The notes beneath the pieces were generated by a model. The model saw only the letters and a program-made list of their open reading frames with translations, had not been told where the DNA came from and did not search any database. A DNA stretch of 64,000 nt from Paecilomyces variotii (Eukaryota). Positions 25,480-37,183 of this stretch are shown one piece after another. Location of the stretch: NCBI GenBank assembly GCA_004022145.1, contig RCNU01000022.1. The stretch is one strand, 5' to 3'. Positions within the stretch are counted from its first letter, which is position 1, and every line of letters starts with the position of its first letter. The translations under genes were made by a program, and so were the position numbers.

Positions 25480-28400
25480 ATGCCTGGTATCATTATGGAC
25501 GATGCCAATGCTAGTGGGTCTAGGCTGGGACTGAACCCATCGAATCGCCAGAATGGCATCACGAACTCATCAACGGACAACGGAGTGAAGGGCGGCGACC
25601 GTGGCGATTCGAAAGATGTGTCGTATGACAGAGACGGCGGCGTATTCAATAGCAATAACCACGATGGCGTGAAATCGCAGAGGGAGTCAACATCGGGGTC
25701 GGCGAGCATGCGCGTTCCGGAACTACCACATATTACGCAAGGCTTCTTCCCTTATGCGCAGCTGGTCAACCGAGCAGTGCAGCAATGCTGGAACGACCTG
25801 GTCGATGTGATGAATGAGCTCGCCGAGACGCAAGTACCTTCCCAGAATCTGGAACCGCAGTCTTCTCTCGTCAATGGCAAGACGGCCGGAAACCAGAGCG
25901 CGGAGAATGTACACAAGAAGATGCGCCTGTTGGAGTTTGCGCAGGCCAAGAGGGCTGAATTCATCAAGCTCCTCGTCCTGTCGCAATGGGGTCGACGGGC
26001 GGCGGAGGTCAGCAAGTTGATTGATATTCAGAACTTTATCAGGACCCGGCATATGGCTTACAGTGGCGCGCTTCAGCGTGTCGGTGATATGAAAAGGGAT
26101 CTTGTGCAAGCTCAAGTCGCCAACCCAGACCTGAAGACTGCAGCCGAAGTCTTGTCAAAGGGGAAGGTTGCAGCATTACCGGATGTGAGTGTTACGTGGG
26201 AGCTTTTTTTTCTCTACAGTCATACTAATTCTGATTCTTTAGCTGGGATACAAGCCGCCTAAGCCTCTGAATGCCAAGAAGATGCTCAAGACACTGCAGA
26301 AAATAAACAGAGCTATTAGCACGAGGCTGGTACTCCACGATACTGTACCAAGTGCCTTCCGGACCTATCACGTTCATGACGGCAGGGTGACGTTCTTCGT
26401 TAAAGGAGAATTCGAGATTGATCTGTCTATCGCGGAACAGAACCATTCGTCTCAGTTCTTCTTCATCGATCTACGTTTCCTCTACTCTCCTTCTTCGCCA
26501 ATTCCAAAGGGGCGGTTTTTCAGCGAGCTGGACCTCAAGATCAATGACATTCTTCTGCAAAGCAGTTTGACAGGCTGTTTTAACTTCGTTCACAATTTGG
26601 TGTTAACAAACCAGATCAATATCCTGTTCAGACAAGCCTTGAATCTAGCGCGTGGTGGCTGGTCGGATGCCCTGCATGTCGAATTGCTACATCGAACGCT
26701 GATCGTCCAATATTGGGCCCTGAAATCTGGTCCTCGAAACTGGCTTGAGATTGGTGTCAAAACTGGGCGTCATAAATCCGGTTCGAACAATGCCACTATC
26801 CCTGGCATTTCACATCTAGACTTGCGCTGGATGCGCGATGGGAAGGAGGTCGACCACTCCCGCATCCAGTTCAATAAAGAGGTTCTGTCCATGGAAAATA
26901 TCCTTCGGAGTGCCATCGCGTTACATTCTTCTCACCTGCTTCAATCGGCTTACTCTAAGCTGGAAGAAGGTCATCTGTACTCATCTGGGACACTCGCTTT
27001 GAAAGTGGATATGTCCGACGAAGAACCAGGTAATTGCTGCCTTACGGTTCAACTCACGAAGTCTCGGTACCTCCGCGTGTCGGTGGAACCGATCTCTGGA
27101 ACAATCACACTTTCTACAAGTCCCACGATCTTGATCCGTCAGGAAGTCGATCGCAATGGAGACAAGTCCCCGGTCGAGGATATAGTCACCCGCGTTTCGC
27201 GCCTTCGCTGCATTGCTGCTATGGAGGAGGTGGAATCACACGCCAGGATGATGGGTTGGGACACCGTCAATCCTCGTAGCGTGAAACTCGACATCCGGCG
27301 AACATTCCCATCCAATGTTCTCCGATTTTCTCTCTTCTCACACCCTCTCTGGGAGCGAAATTGGATCGCCGCAGCGACTAGTAGCATGGACGGTGACCAC
27401 TGGTGGATACTTCAGCTGAAGTCTGCCCCTTCGACTTCTACGCGACCAGCTGTGGGTGCGGGACTTCCTGTCCTGCAATCGGTGCAGAACGTGACTGAAA
27501 AGCTCGGCCAAAGACAAAATCGGCTGGATTATGCGTCTTTCGCGAATCTAGAGCATTCTCTGGCGGGACTACTTGCTCTCTATGCGAATGCTCGTTACCT
27601 GGAAGATCTGGACTGCGTGCACTCATTCCCACAAGCACGGAATCTACAACTGGAACATGGACCGCGGGTGCCCGATTTGTTTATTCGTTTCGAGCCCTCA
27701 AGGCTCCCTGCTGGCGTCCAGATATCGTGCCCTACAGGGCTAAGGAAGTCCCGTTTCTTGAAGGAGACGGTCTGTCTCTCCTTCCAAGGAATCGACAGTC
27801 AGACTAAGCGTGTGATCATTGTAGCTCACGGACAATTCACGGCTCCAATGCGGACCGTATGGGCTCTGGCCTCGAACTCAGATAACTCAGTGGCTTTCCA
27901 GCGGAAAGGCCGCGGCTTTGCCATGCGCTTCCTCGTTACAGCTGGTAACTCGATGATTGGGCCTTTGTTCGATCGTCTGCAGAGACTCGAGTGCGTTCTC
28001 TCGATACTCGAAGCCCTCGACCGTAAAAACATCCGGACACGGTCCATGTCTCTTTCCCGCCTTGACTTTACCTACGGAGCCCAGCAGGATCTCCATGCCA
28101 GCATTCGCATCAAGGGCCCAGAATCGTCGCAGTCGCTATATGACAAGGGCACCGTCGATCTCCAACCGAAAACCGCACCTCTCCGTTTACAGTTGGAGAT
28201 CAACTTCGATCAGTCGAACCCCCACCGCCGTATCTCACACTCTCTCTCATCAGTCCTCAATGACAACGGCGCAGTGTCCGGTGTCAATCACATGGCCAAT
28301 CTCCTCACGCTCACGATCCCTCTACTACAAGCGCTAGACCGCATCACCTGCGGGGCTTCACGAGATCCACCATCGAAGGTCTTCGTGACTGCGCGGGACG

Positions 28401-28831
28401 CCAAGGTTTATCAGATCTACTATCCTCATCACCGCTATCGATTCCTTATCACGGTTGGTCAACATCGAGACCGCATCGCCTGGATATTAAGAGACGCCCG
28501 CACGGCGCAGGAGAAATCGAATCCTGGGCAACTTGAATCCAAGTTACGGGAACGAATATACAACTCCCAGGGTGAAGGCTGGAAGGGTCTCGGCACCGGC
28601 GCAGTCGCCGACGTTCAGAAGGTCGGAAACCTTCTGTCAGAGCTCGACACTTGCTTCACTAGTAGCGCGAACGATGCAGGTGTCAAAGGACCACAAACGA
28701 CCACCACCCAAACAGGAACGGACCAACGAGAAGCCGCTAATGGCCAACATGCTCCAACGGCAGAATCTACCAAACCTGTCGAAGTGAAGTCGGAATCGAA
28801 GAAAGACCACGATGTGATCATGATCGATTGA
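25480..28831 (+). CDS. MED14: Mediator subunit 14 (Rgr1), 2 exons
   Basis: 'ELPHITQGFFP', 'KKMRLLEFAQAKRAEFIKLLVL', 'ANPDLKTAAEVL', 'YHVHDGRVTF'. Intron 26185-26242. Confidence 0.93.
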
Positions 28832-29628
28832 TTAGTTAGTTTAGATCTATTCATTCCATGGTGGTATTTCCGCCCCCCGCCCCCAAAACCTCTTTTTTTC
28901 CCCCCTTCTTTTTCCTTTTAACGACCATGTATTATCCTATCCGTTCTTGCTGGAGGGAGACGATATTATTATTATTATTATTATTATTCCCCCGACGTTA
29001 TATTTTCCCGGGAGGTCCAAGTCACGGAAATAGCTACACATAGCATAACTAGCATAGTCTAGTTGACTATAAATAAATAAAATCGAAAATCAACTGATTG
29101 AGCAATAACTACTAGCTGACATGACAAATAACGGAGTAACTAACTAACTAGTGAATTTAACATTTACTACAGGGATCTATACCGGTGGTAAAAAGTAAAA
29201 AATAAAAAGCTATCATCAAATCGTAGTCTAATCTAGGATAAAGTAGTATACATACCCTGTACACCTTTTTTTTTTTTTTCGTCCTTCCTTTTCGTTTTCT
29301 TGCACATGCATGACAGTTGGTTGACCACATGATATGTACAGTATATTTACATACAACTAACAAGCGGACCAAGGTGGAAGTTATCCGCATGTTGGTAATG
29401 AAGATCTACTCCCCACGTGCGTTTGTATACTTAAGCTACTGAATGGAACGAGATCGCTCAGGAAGGAAAAAAAAAGGTCAATTAGCCACAACATCGTCGT
29501 ATCATATCATATTAATATCATATCAATATCATATAATTTGCCTTGCCGCCATTAATAACCAAAGATATGTTAACTGTGTATGTATATTTGTATGTATACA
29601 CGTATGCGTGAGGAGGGGGGGGAGATTC

Positions 29629-31941
29629 TCAGTAGCGACGCTCTCGGACTTTTCCTCGGTTTCGGGATAGGTCATATTCGATCCATCGGGCGAGGCCCTT
29701 GCTACCTTCGGGGACTAATGGACCGGGGTTCATAACATGACAGCCCTCGTAAGTGATGGAGAAGGGCGGCGCCTCGGCGTCTGCGAGTATACATGCTGTG
29801 GGCAAAGGGTATAGATGCAATGATGATCCGTAATCCCACAAGACAGGTCGCGAGGTTAGTGGGAATGGAGATATGTTTCCTTGATCTAGGACGGTCTTGA
29901 CGAGTTTTCGGGCAGCCAGCGTCGCAGCAGATGGGACATCGTCTCTTTTTCGTGAATTCTCATTCGGGTCGTCGTTGGTCTCAGAGATTTCTGGCTGTCT
30001 CTCACCAGAGTCATCTGTCATCTCGATATCAGGCTGCTGGGAGGTTCCGGAAATCACAGAACTTCGTCTCAACCGTCCGGTGATGTCGTCTCGGAATACA
30101 ACAATCTCGTGCACCGGACCGAAGATGGACAGTCGTGCTGGATTAGTTGTCCAAACTGCTTCACCGCGAGGCTCTTTCGAATGGGATGCATCTGCATCGT
30201 TATTCGCCGTCGCGAATGCACGCTTTATTCTGGTAGTAAACATGTCAGGAATCCCATCTCGCGGGATAGTGGTGGCGGCGCCAGTAGAAAATGCAGACGC
30301 CCAGGGGTCATTATCGCCCGGGACGAAGACGAACGTCGAATGGCGCAGCAGAGACGGAAATTCTGACAAGACCGTAGCAAGCGAATCGAAATATTCCTTG
30401 TATTCGATACTGCCGCCTCGTCCGCCCCCATTGATCACTGCGTGTTTGACAAAATTCCCAATCATGAAGAACACAAGCGGAAGCTCTTCGGTTGGTAAGG
30501 TGTTATAGATATTGAGGGCTTCCCTCAATGCTTCCAATGTTTTTACATTATCGAGGTTCAGCTCACTCATAACAACCATCATTCGTCGAGTGGAATGTTG
30601 TCCATCTTCATTTTCGCGTCGTAGACATTGTCTTTCGATTCTTCTCATGCGCTGCCCCTGTGCACGCTCACTGCCAACTCCGAGAAAGTCGACCCAGCCG
30701 AATCCTCCAGCAGTCACGTCTTTCTGAGCTTTGCGAAGATTCATCCCCAACGTAAGTTCCCTTCGTTCGCATGGCGGAGCACCAATTGAGATGCCGACAA
30801 ATTTGCCTCCTATCGCGCCGCCAACTCCCGTATTACCCCCCAGGGTTGAGCCCCGGACACTTTCTTCTTCCTCGTAGATACCATCTACCAGGACGATCAT
30901 CCCCGGTGCAAACCACGCACTATCCTCCGGCACAGTGCGTGCATGAGTCAAGTCCAACGCAATGCTTCCTGTCAAGTCGGTGATAGATAGGTCTCCCGAA
31001 GGAGAGATAGAAAGAAGACCCAGCACCAGATGAGAGGTTCCGCTCCTTCCCAGAAGATTCGCAATAAGTGTTAACTTGTAAGATTGCTGGCCAACCGTCC
31101 TCGATGACGACCCTCGCGGCCATGGATCGTCTGAAGCTCCCCGCAGGGATGACTGGAAGGATTCGTTGCGAAGTAATCGTTGGTAAATAAGATTGTATCG
31201 ATCGCGAAACAAGGATGTCTTTCGTGACGGCGGCGGGAATAGCGAAGGCTTCCATGTGGGCGTCTCAAAATGCTTCTTGCTAACGTTATATGTGAAGCGA
31301 GGTTGGTCAAAGGCCCCAATGACTTTAATCCACCGTCTCGTATCGCCCATCTCGTTTTCATCATCAATACTTTCATCAGCTGCGCCTGAGGATGTACGAA
31401 TCCCTCCTTGTATAGCGCCGCCGCTCGTAGTATCAGTAGAACCGCGTCGGATTGAAGGGTGCCTGTCTTGCGCAGTAGCCTTAGTGTGTACAATCCTCCC
31501 AGCACTCATACTGCTTTCGAGCGTCTGCAATATGGTCTTAAGGGATGCACCATTGCCCTCTTCGACAATCACGCTGCCGCCAGCTCTCTTCCATTGTTTC
31601 GCAACTTCGTCCAAGACCCGTTCCGCCAGTCCTTCTTCGCGCCATCCTGACCCACAGTTCTTGCCGATAAAAGTAGCCAGAGCCTGCAGAGCGGAGGACG
31701 ATATCGTTAAATTATGTTTCCTGGTAATGGCTCGAAATGCCACCGGTCTTAGAGTGGCAGGAGGAAGTAGAATTGGTAGCACTGAGGCCTTAGAAGCAAT
31801 GTTGTTCGGCTTCCCTTTGCGGATCGGATGAACTGGAGTCCCAAATGCAGGTGATGATGAAGGAATTGGGTCGGAAGGTATGAATCTCGATTTAGCCACT
31901 GACATTTTGGGCGTTTCAGCTGATTCTGAGTGTTCGTTCAT
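29629..31941 (-). CDS. DPB2: DNA polymerase epsilon subunit B
   Basis: 'LPILLPPATLRPVAFR', 'FRDRYNLIYQRLLRN', 'FVFVPGDNDPW', 'TTNPARL', 'LYPLPT', 'MNPG'. First in-frame ATG at 31941. Confidence 0.93.
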   Translation of the reverse strand: MNEHSESAETPKMSVAKSRFIPSDPIPSSSPAFGTPVHPIRKGKPNNIASKASVLPILLPPATLRPVAFRAITRKHNLTISSSALQALATFIGKNCGSGWREEGLAERVLDEVAKQWKRAGGSVIVEEGNGASLKTILQTLESSMSAGRIVHTKATAQDRHPSIRRGSTDTTSGGAIQGGIRTSSGAADESIDDENEMGDTRRWIKVIGAFDQPRFTYNVSKKHFETPTWKPSLFPPPSRKTSLFRDRYNLIYQRLLRNESFQSSLRGASDDPWPRGSSSRTVGQQSYKLTLIANLLGRSGTSHLVLGLLSISPSGDLSITDLTGSIALDLTHARTVPEDSAWFAPGMIVLVDGIYEEEESVRGSTLGGNTGVGGAIGGKFVGISIGAPPCERRELTLGMNLRKAQKDVTAGGFGWVDFLGVGSERAQGQRMRRIERQCLRRENEDGQHSTRRMMVVMSELNLDNVKTLEALREALNIYNTLPTEELPLVFFMIGNFVKHAVINGGGRGGSIEYKEYFDSLATVLSEFPSLLRHSTFVFVPGDNDPWASAFSTGAATTIPRDGIPDMFTTRIKRAFATANNDADASHSKEPRGEAVWTTNPARLSIFGPVHEIVVFRDDITGRLRRSSVISGTSQQPDIEMTDDSGERQPEISETNDDPNENSRKRDDVPSAATLAARKLVKTVLDQGNISPFPLTSRPVLWDYGSSLHLYPLPTACILADAEAPPFSITYEGCHVMNPGPLVPEGSKGLARWIEYDLSRNRGKVRERRY

Positions 31942-32128
31942 TTCTTCGAGATTGATCAGGCGGGGAAGTGTAGATGTTTCTCTGTGTACTTGGCGGGGAC
32001 AGTAGGAAGATCCATGTGGATATAGAGACAATCCTGTAACTAGAAGATGAAATAGACAGTAGCCACGATGATGTTCTGTTCCATCCAAGTATGCGGACAA
32101 TAATGTCGACTATGGCATTAGAGCCCAA

Positions 32129-32173
32129 ACGCGTACTTAGAAGGGCGGGCAGTTCGCGTCCGGCAGACGCGCC
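32129..32173. promoter_or_regulatory. MCB-like (ACGCGT/CGCG) cluster in the DPB2/NASP divergent promoter
   Basis: ACGCGT at 32129-32134, TCGCGT at ~32154 and ACGCG at ~32167. Confidence 0.6.
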
Positions 32174-32360
32174 CGCGACTTAAGCATTTCCATTAAAGAT
32201 AAATGGTTATCTTAGCGCAACATCCACTTCCTCCTCAACGCCACTACCTTCTGCACTCTCCTGCATCTCAATCGCAGAGATCCTCCGCGCTACTTGGCCT
32301 TGAGCTAAGCGCGATCTTCATACTTCTGACATCTTCATACCTCTGACCTACCTGCCCACC

Positions 32361-33768
32361 ATGGCCGAAACCAATGACGTCGAGCATGTTGCGGAGGAGA
32401 CAAAGCAAGAGGAGACGCCCGAACAGCTACGAGCGCAGCTGGCAAATCTCACGGAACGCGCCAATGCGCGCGAAGCCTTGAAAGACTATAATACAGCAGC
32501 TGAACTGTATTCGCAAGCTATGGAGATACAGGCGCAACTGAATGGAGAGATGTCACCTGAGAACGCTGACCTGCTCTACGCTTATGGAAAGTCGTTGTAC
32601 AATGTCGCCGTGAGCAAAAGCGACGTCCTCGGAACTAAGGTCGCCGGCAAAGCAGCAGATTCCGAACCTGCTCCTGCACAACCGTCGAATAAATCCGGAT
32701 CGAAGAGCACTGGCCAGGGAGCTACACAGAAGGGCGCTACTGGTGAAACAGGTCAAACGAAAACAGAAGAGAACCGGCCCTACTTCCAGTTCACGGGAGA
32801 CGAGAACTTCGATGTCTCAGACTCGGAGGAAGGGGAGGATGCGGAGAACGAGGGCCCCGATGAAGAGGAAGATGATTTCGCAAACGCTTTCGAGGTGCTC
32901 GACCTGGCCCGTGTCCTCGTATTGCGAAAGCTTGAAGATGTGGAAAATAAGGACAGCAGTAGTGGCAAAGCGGCCGATATGCCTCCTGAGGTGAAGACCC
33001 TTAAGGAACGACTCAGCGACATACATGATTTGCAAGCGGAGATCTCCCTCGAGGCGGAAAGATTCGCGGACGCTGTTTCTGATCTTCGAGCTGCCCTTGA
33101 GCTGAAGGAGTCACTCTTCCCATTTGAAGACCCTACCGTCGCCGAATGTCATTACAAACTTTCCCTTGCTTTGGAGTTTGATTCCGTCCACAAAGCCGAA
33201 GACGGAACCGTAAGTGAAGATCAGTCCGGCGCCGACACCGAGAAGAGAGAAGAGGCTATCAAGCATATGGAAAAGGCCATTGAAAGCTGCAAAGTGCGAA
33301 TGGCAAAGGAACAAAGCAAACTCGACAATGGAGAGGTGACAGATGAGGATAAGGTGGCTGCAGCAAAGCGCAAAATAGGCAACGTGAAGGAGATTGTGGC
33401 GGATATGGAACAACGCGTAAGTTCAGCTAGAAAACTGGTCTCTCAATTCTTGAATAGCTGTGATTTGATTGCTAAGATATGGGCAGCTACTTGATCTCCG
33501 GCGTGGGCCAGTTTCTGCTGCACAGAACGACGATCTAAATCCCTTGAATGGGCTTCTTGGGCAGATCCTTGGACAGGCGCCTGAGCAGCAGAAGGCCAAG
33601 CTTGAGGAGGCTGTGAAGAACGCCAACGATCTCTCGTCGTTTGTGAAAAAGAAGAAGCAACCCGCTCCTGCTCCTGCTCCTGCTGCTACTGGTGAGAAGA
33701 GATCCGTCGATGCGGACGGTGAGCAACCTTCGAAGCGAGCGAAGGTTGAGGAGAGCACAGAGGAGTAA
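32361..33768 (+). CDS. NASP/Sim3/Hif1-family histone chaperone (SHNi-TPR), 2 exons
   Basis: TPRs 'ADLLYAYGKSLY', an acidic insert, 'DFANAFEVLDLAR', 'AEISLEAERF', 'AECHYKLSLALE', and a C-terminal basic NLS-like segment. Intron 33417-33486. Confidence 0.88.
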
Positions 33769-34097
33769 TCTCAGAGAGAGAGAGAAAAGAAATAAATGAC
33801 CGTACCTACGGAACAGTGATACCCACAAAAAAAGAAAAGGGATAGGCTGAGTTAAATGCATGGTATCTTTTTTTCATTATCGTGATTTCGCATCATGTGT
33901 ATCATTAGACTGCGCTTGAATGACAGGCAGTTTCTGCTTCGCTTAATTGACAGAGTATATTCCCAGATTAGATCCTGCCTGGTATTGCAATTGCAGGATT
34001 TAAATTCAAAAGAAGAAACACCTCACCCCAAATCCAATAAATCCGAATTCACCAGCCGATGTACGAGATTTGTTCTCCAAGTAGGTAAAGAAACTAC

Positions 34098-34880
34098 TTA
34101 GCCAGCGCCATACATCGTAGATCGTCTGTCAAACTTGCGGCTTCTTCTGCGTGTTGCTAAACCAGGGCTCCAGACCCCAGCAAACAAGTCCTCGCACTCA
34201 TCTTCGTCTTGGCTATCAAATTCCACATTATCATGCAGACTCTCATCATCATCATCATCATCGTCTCGGGCCTTTCCCGGACTGTCGACGTCGAGGTCGT
34301 TATTCGCACATCCATCCCACCGCGAAGTTGTAACAATCCGCTGTGTCTCTAAAATGAACTTGCCGACCTTATATCTCTGGCTCTCCTCTTCCGCAGCCAC
34401 GTATTTCCAGCCTAAGATACTGCCGCAGAGAAGACAACTGATATCACTAACCGTATGAGCACCGGTTACCAGCTGTCGCGGAACAGGCTTATGCGTGACC
34501 GTATTGGGGAGAGATGCTGTCGGCGAAGACGATGAAGTCATGGATATAGCCGTCGTGACGGAATCAGCAGAGACGAGATATGCGCGCCCATGCCGGCCCG
34601 TGAAGCCTTTACTGATGATCTGAGACGTGAGGCAGAGATCGGCTGCGCATCGAGCACATTGGATATATGAGATATGGCCATCGAGGTACCTGGTGCTGGT
34701 GCTGGTGCTGGTGCTGTTATGATTATGATTATTCCGGTAGTTGGTATTAGGACCCTCGATTTTGTCCGCTTGGCTGTTCGGCCGTCGTTGTTTATTACCA
34801 AAAGGTGCGGATGGGAGGAGAAAGGTAGGAAATATGGATGATGATGATGATGATGAGTTTCTCTTTTTACCTGGCGGCAT
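34098..34880 (-). CDS. Yippee-family zinc-binding protein
   Basis: 'CARC...ISKGFTGRHGRAYL' and 'TGAHTVSDISCLLCGSILGWKYVAAEEESQRYKVGKFILE'. Confidence 0.9.
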   Translation of the reverse strand: MPPGKKRNSSSSSSSIFPTFLLPSAPFGNKQRRPNSQADKIEGPNTNYRNNHNHNSTSTSTSTRYLDGHISYIQCARCAADLCLTSQIISKGFTGRHGRAYLVSADSVTTAISMTSSSSPTASLPNTVTHKPVPRQLVTGAHTVSDISCLLCGSILGWKYVAAEEESQRYKVGKFILETQRIVTTSRWDGCANNDLDVDSPGKARDDDDDDDESLHDNVEFDSQDEDECEDLFAGVWSPGLATRRRSRKFDRRSTMYGAG

Positions 34881-35449
34881 TGGTAATATATGCTCAGTAG
34901 TTATATTTCTGGACCAGTAAATAATAATAAAAAAGGATTACAGCTCTTGACGAACCGAGAAGAAGTCATCTAGTTGTCGGCTCCCCATCCTCCAGGGATC
35001 TCGCGGGGTCATATGAGAAGTTCCTAGTTACCTAGTACACCTTAGTTAAGTATGTATGTACCCAATGCCAAGCCACTCGGCCATCACTGCGATCGTCGCC
35101 TCTCCGGATGTAGACGAGTTACAATAGGATGATACATGCTGGTTGCTAGAGCATTCGTTTAGTCCAGGCAGAGCTCATCCTCGCTGCCCAAGGAGGAAAT
35201 ATCACCGGGTGACTTTCAAGACATGCTCCTAGATCAGTCGGTTACGAGGCCGTCTCATGCGCAACATATTCATCCGTATTGTTACATACACGTCCTGCAA
35301 TGAACAAAGAAAAGAACCTAGAAAAAAAAAAAAGGAATGAAGAACACAAAGTACTGATAGTGTTGATTGAACATATCGAGTGCTATGCTATAATGGCGTC
35401 AATACCAGATGGGATAAGAAGCAGCGGTCTGTATCGGCAGCTGCCAACT

Positions 35450-36389
35450 CTAGACTTCCGCAACCAAGAAAATCCACCTAGAGCTCACAGAGGGTTCTGC
35501 GCTGTCTAGAGCAAGTGTCTGCTCCAAAGTTGTTAGGTTGAACCCGCACCAGCCCAGGTCCCTGACTGTGTCGAACTCAGCTGTAACCACTGAGCGACTA
35601 ACGCATGCAACTATCTGACTGCAATCAAAGCCAGGCATGCTTGCCAGCTCAAAAAGAGCCATTAATCTAGACACGAACAGTTAGCCTCGTTTTGCGTGAA
35701 TTGGACGACACCGATCAGCGTTGATATTGAGAAAGAAAGAACATACCCAGATTTCAATCCGTAGCCCAGCGCGTTGCCTTCGAAGAACACGAAGAGCGTT
35801 CTTGGATTGTTCCGTGTCACAAAGCCCCGATAGATATCATCGGACGCATAATTCCACACTTCGAGCCATCTCTGGATTTGGTTGTGGCTCGCTCTGGACT
35901 GGTTGGACCGAGAGACCCGATCATACGCATCCATCTCTAGTGACGCTCGTCTCGCACGACTCCTCTCACCAAGGAAAATCGCCGACAGCTTGTCACAGAA
36001 GAGCCTCTCACACTCTTCCGAGATAGTATGCGCTGCCTCCCCTCTTTGCTCTGGCCATTTGTTATTTGACCAGGAGCTCTCGGTGCCGGACACGACCGGA
36101 CAGCTAAGGGGAGGGCTTATTGGAGGCATTTTAGACCCCGAGGCGACCTCAGGGATACCACTGTGCTCCTGTCGGTAACAATGACATGATCAGTCTCATC
36201 CCATTGAAAGAAATTGGCTGGGATTCTCGTATCCTTACCGGCCCCGCTCGTAGTGCAGTAATGGAATCCGCGGACGACCGCCGAAGAATTCACGGTGTAG
36301 CAGCTGGCGAGAACACTGGCTTCGGCCATGGTCGCCGCAAAGCGCTGCTGTCGTTGATTAATACTACTACTACTGGGTTCTCGAGCCAT
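35450..36389 (-). CDS. OAZ1: Ornithine decarboxylase antizyme; 2 introns plus a +1 programmed ribosomal frameshift
   Basis: ORF1 36389-36239 plus 36168-36152 (56 codons, ...GFHYCTTSGAGAQWYP) ends in CCC-TGA. The +1 frame continues EVASGSKMPP...EECERLFCDKL...WLEVWNY...YRGFV...LFVFF...LKSG, then intron 35746-35667, then LMALFELA...FDCSQIVACVSRS...RDLGWCGF...SRWIFLVAEV*. Confidence 0.92.
36149..36154 (-). other. +1 ribosomal frameshift site CCC-UGA
   Basis: Spliced mRNA reads GGA GCA CAG TGG TAT CCC TGA G. Skipping one T gives GAG GTC GCC... in frame with ORF 35662-36129. Confidence 0.9.
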
Positions 36390-37183
36390 ATTCGTAGTGA
36401 TAACGATGTAACGGATGAGACAATTGACTTGGACGCGAGTTCGGTTGACGATTTGTGCGGTCGGTTGCAGGGAGGCTGGATGACGGACTTTTCAGAAGAC
36501 AATTACACTGAGGTTCTGATGAACCCGTGAGGATGATTGCGATATCCGAGTGATAGTGGTAAGTTAGTCGGTTTAAGGACTCGAATCTTCGAAGCGGTCG
36601 GTCGATGGGGCTGACAGATTAAGTATTCACCGCCCCGAGCTTGGCGTTTTTGCCTCAGGCCACACACGCCACCGAGCTATTCCGAGGTGATAGATCCGGA
36701 TCGTCAGATAGTATTAATAGTTAATAATAGTTATTGCATTGCAAGTCGACTTCTGCACTAATTCAACGTGAGTTGGGTCTCAGCGAAAGAGCTGACATCG
36801 GTGATATACTAGCTTCTTCATTCTACGGAAATATAATGTCCAAGGACCAATAACACGGTGGAAATATACAGAGAAGTCATGATGGATTGATGATATTTCA
36901 CCTCTTCCTATCGCTCGTAATAACAGATCCTGCACCATGCAGACGACTCAACCATATTCCGTCTGAAAAAAACAAAAGAAACAATGAAGCCCGTCAAGAT
37001 AGAGCTCTATGCAGAAATCACCCATGACATCTACAGACACAAATGTGCAAATCACACAGCGATCATGTACATGTACGTCCCGACGCTCGAAATCAAAAGA
37101 ATCATGCAGCCGAGACCGATCGAAGGATAATAAAAGGTCGCAACCAAACCAACTCCGATATGCGCTCCAAGAACGGCATCACT

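Noticed and set aside
31942-32100. TTG-started 53-codon N-terminal extension of DPB2 in the ORF track
   Set aside because: No ATG and it abuts the promoter elements; more simply read as 5' UTR.
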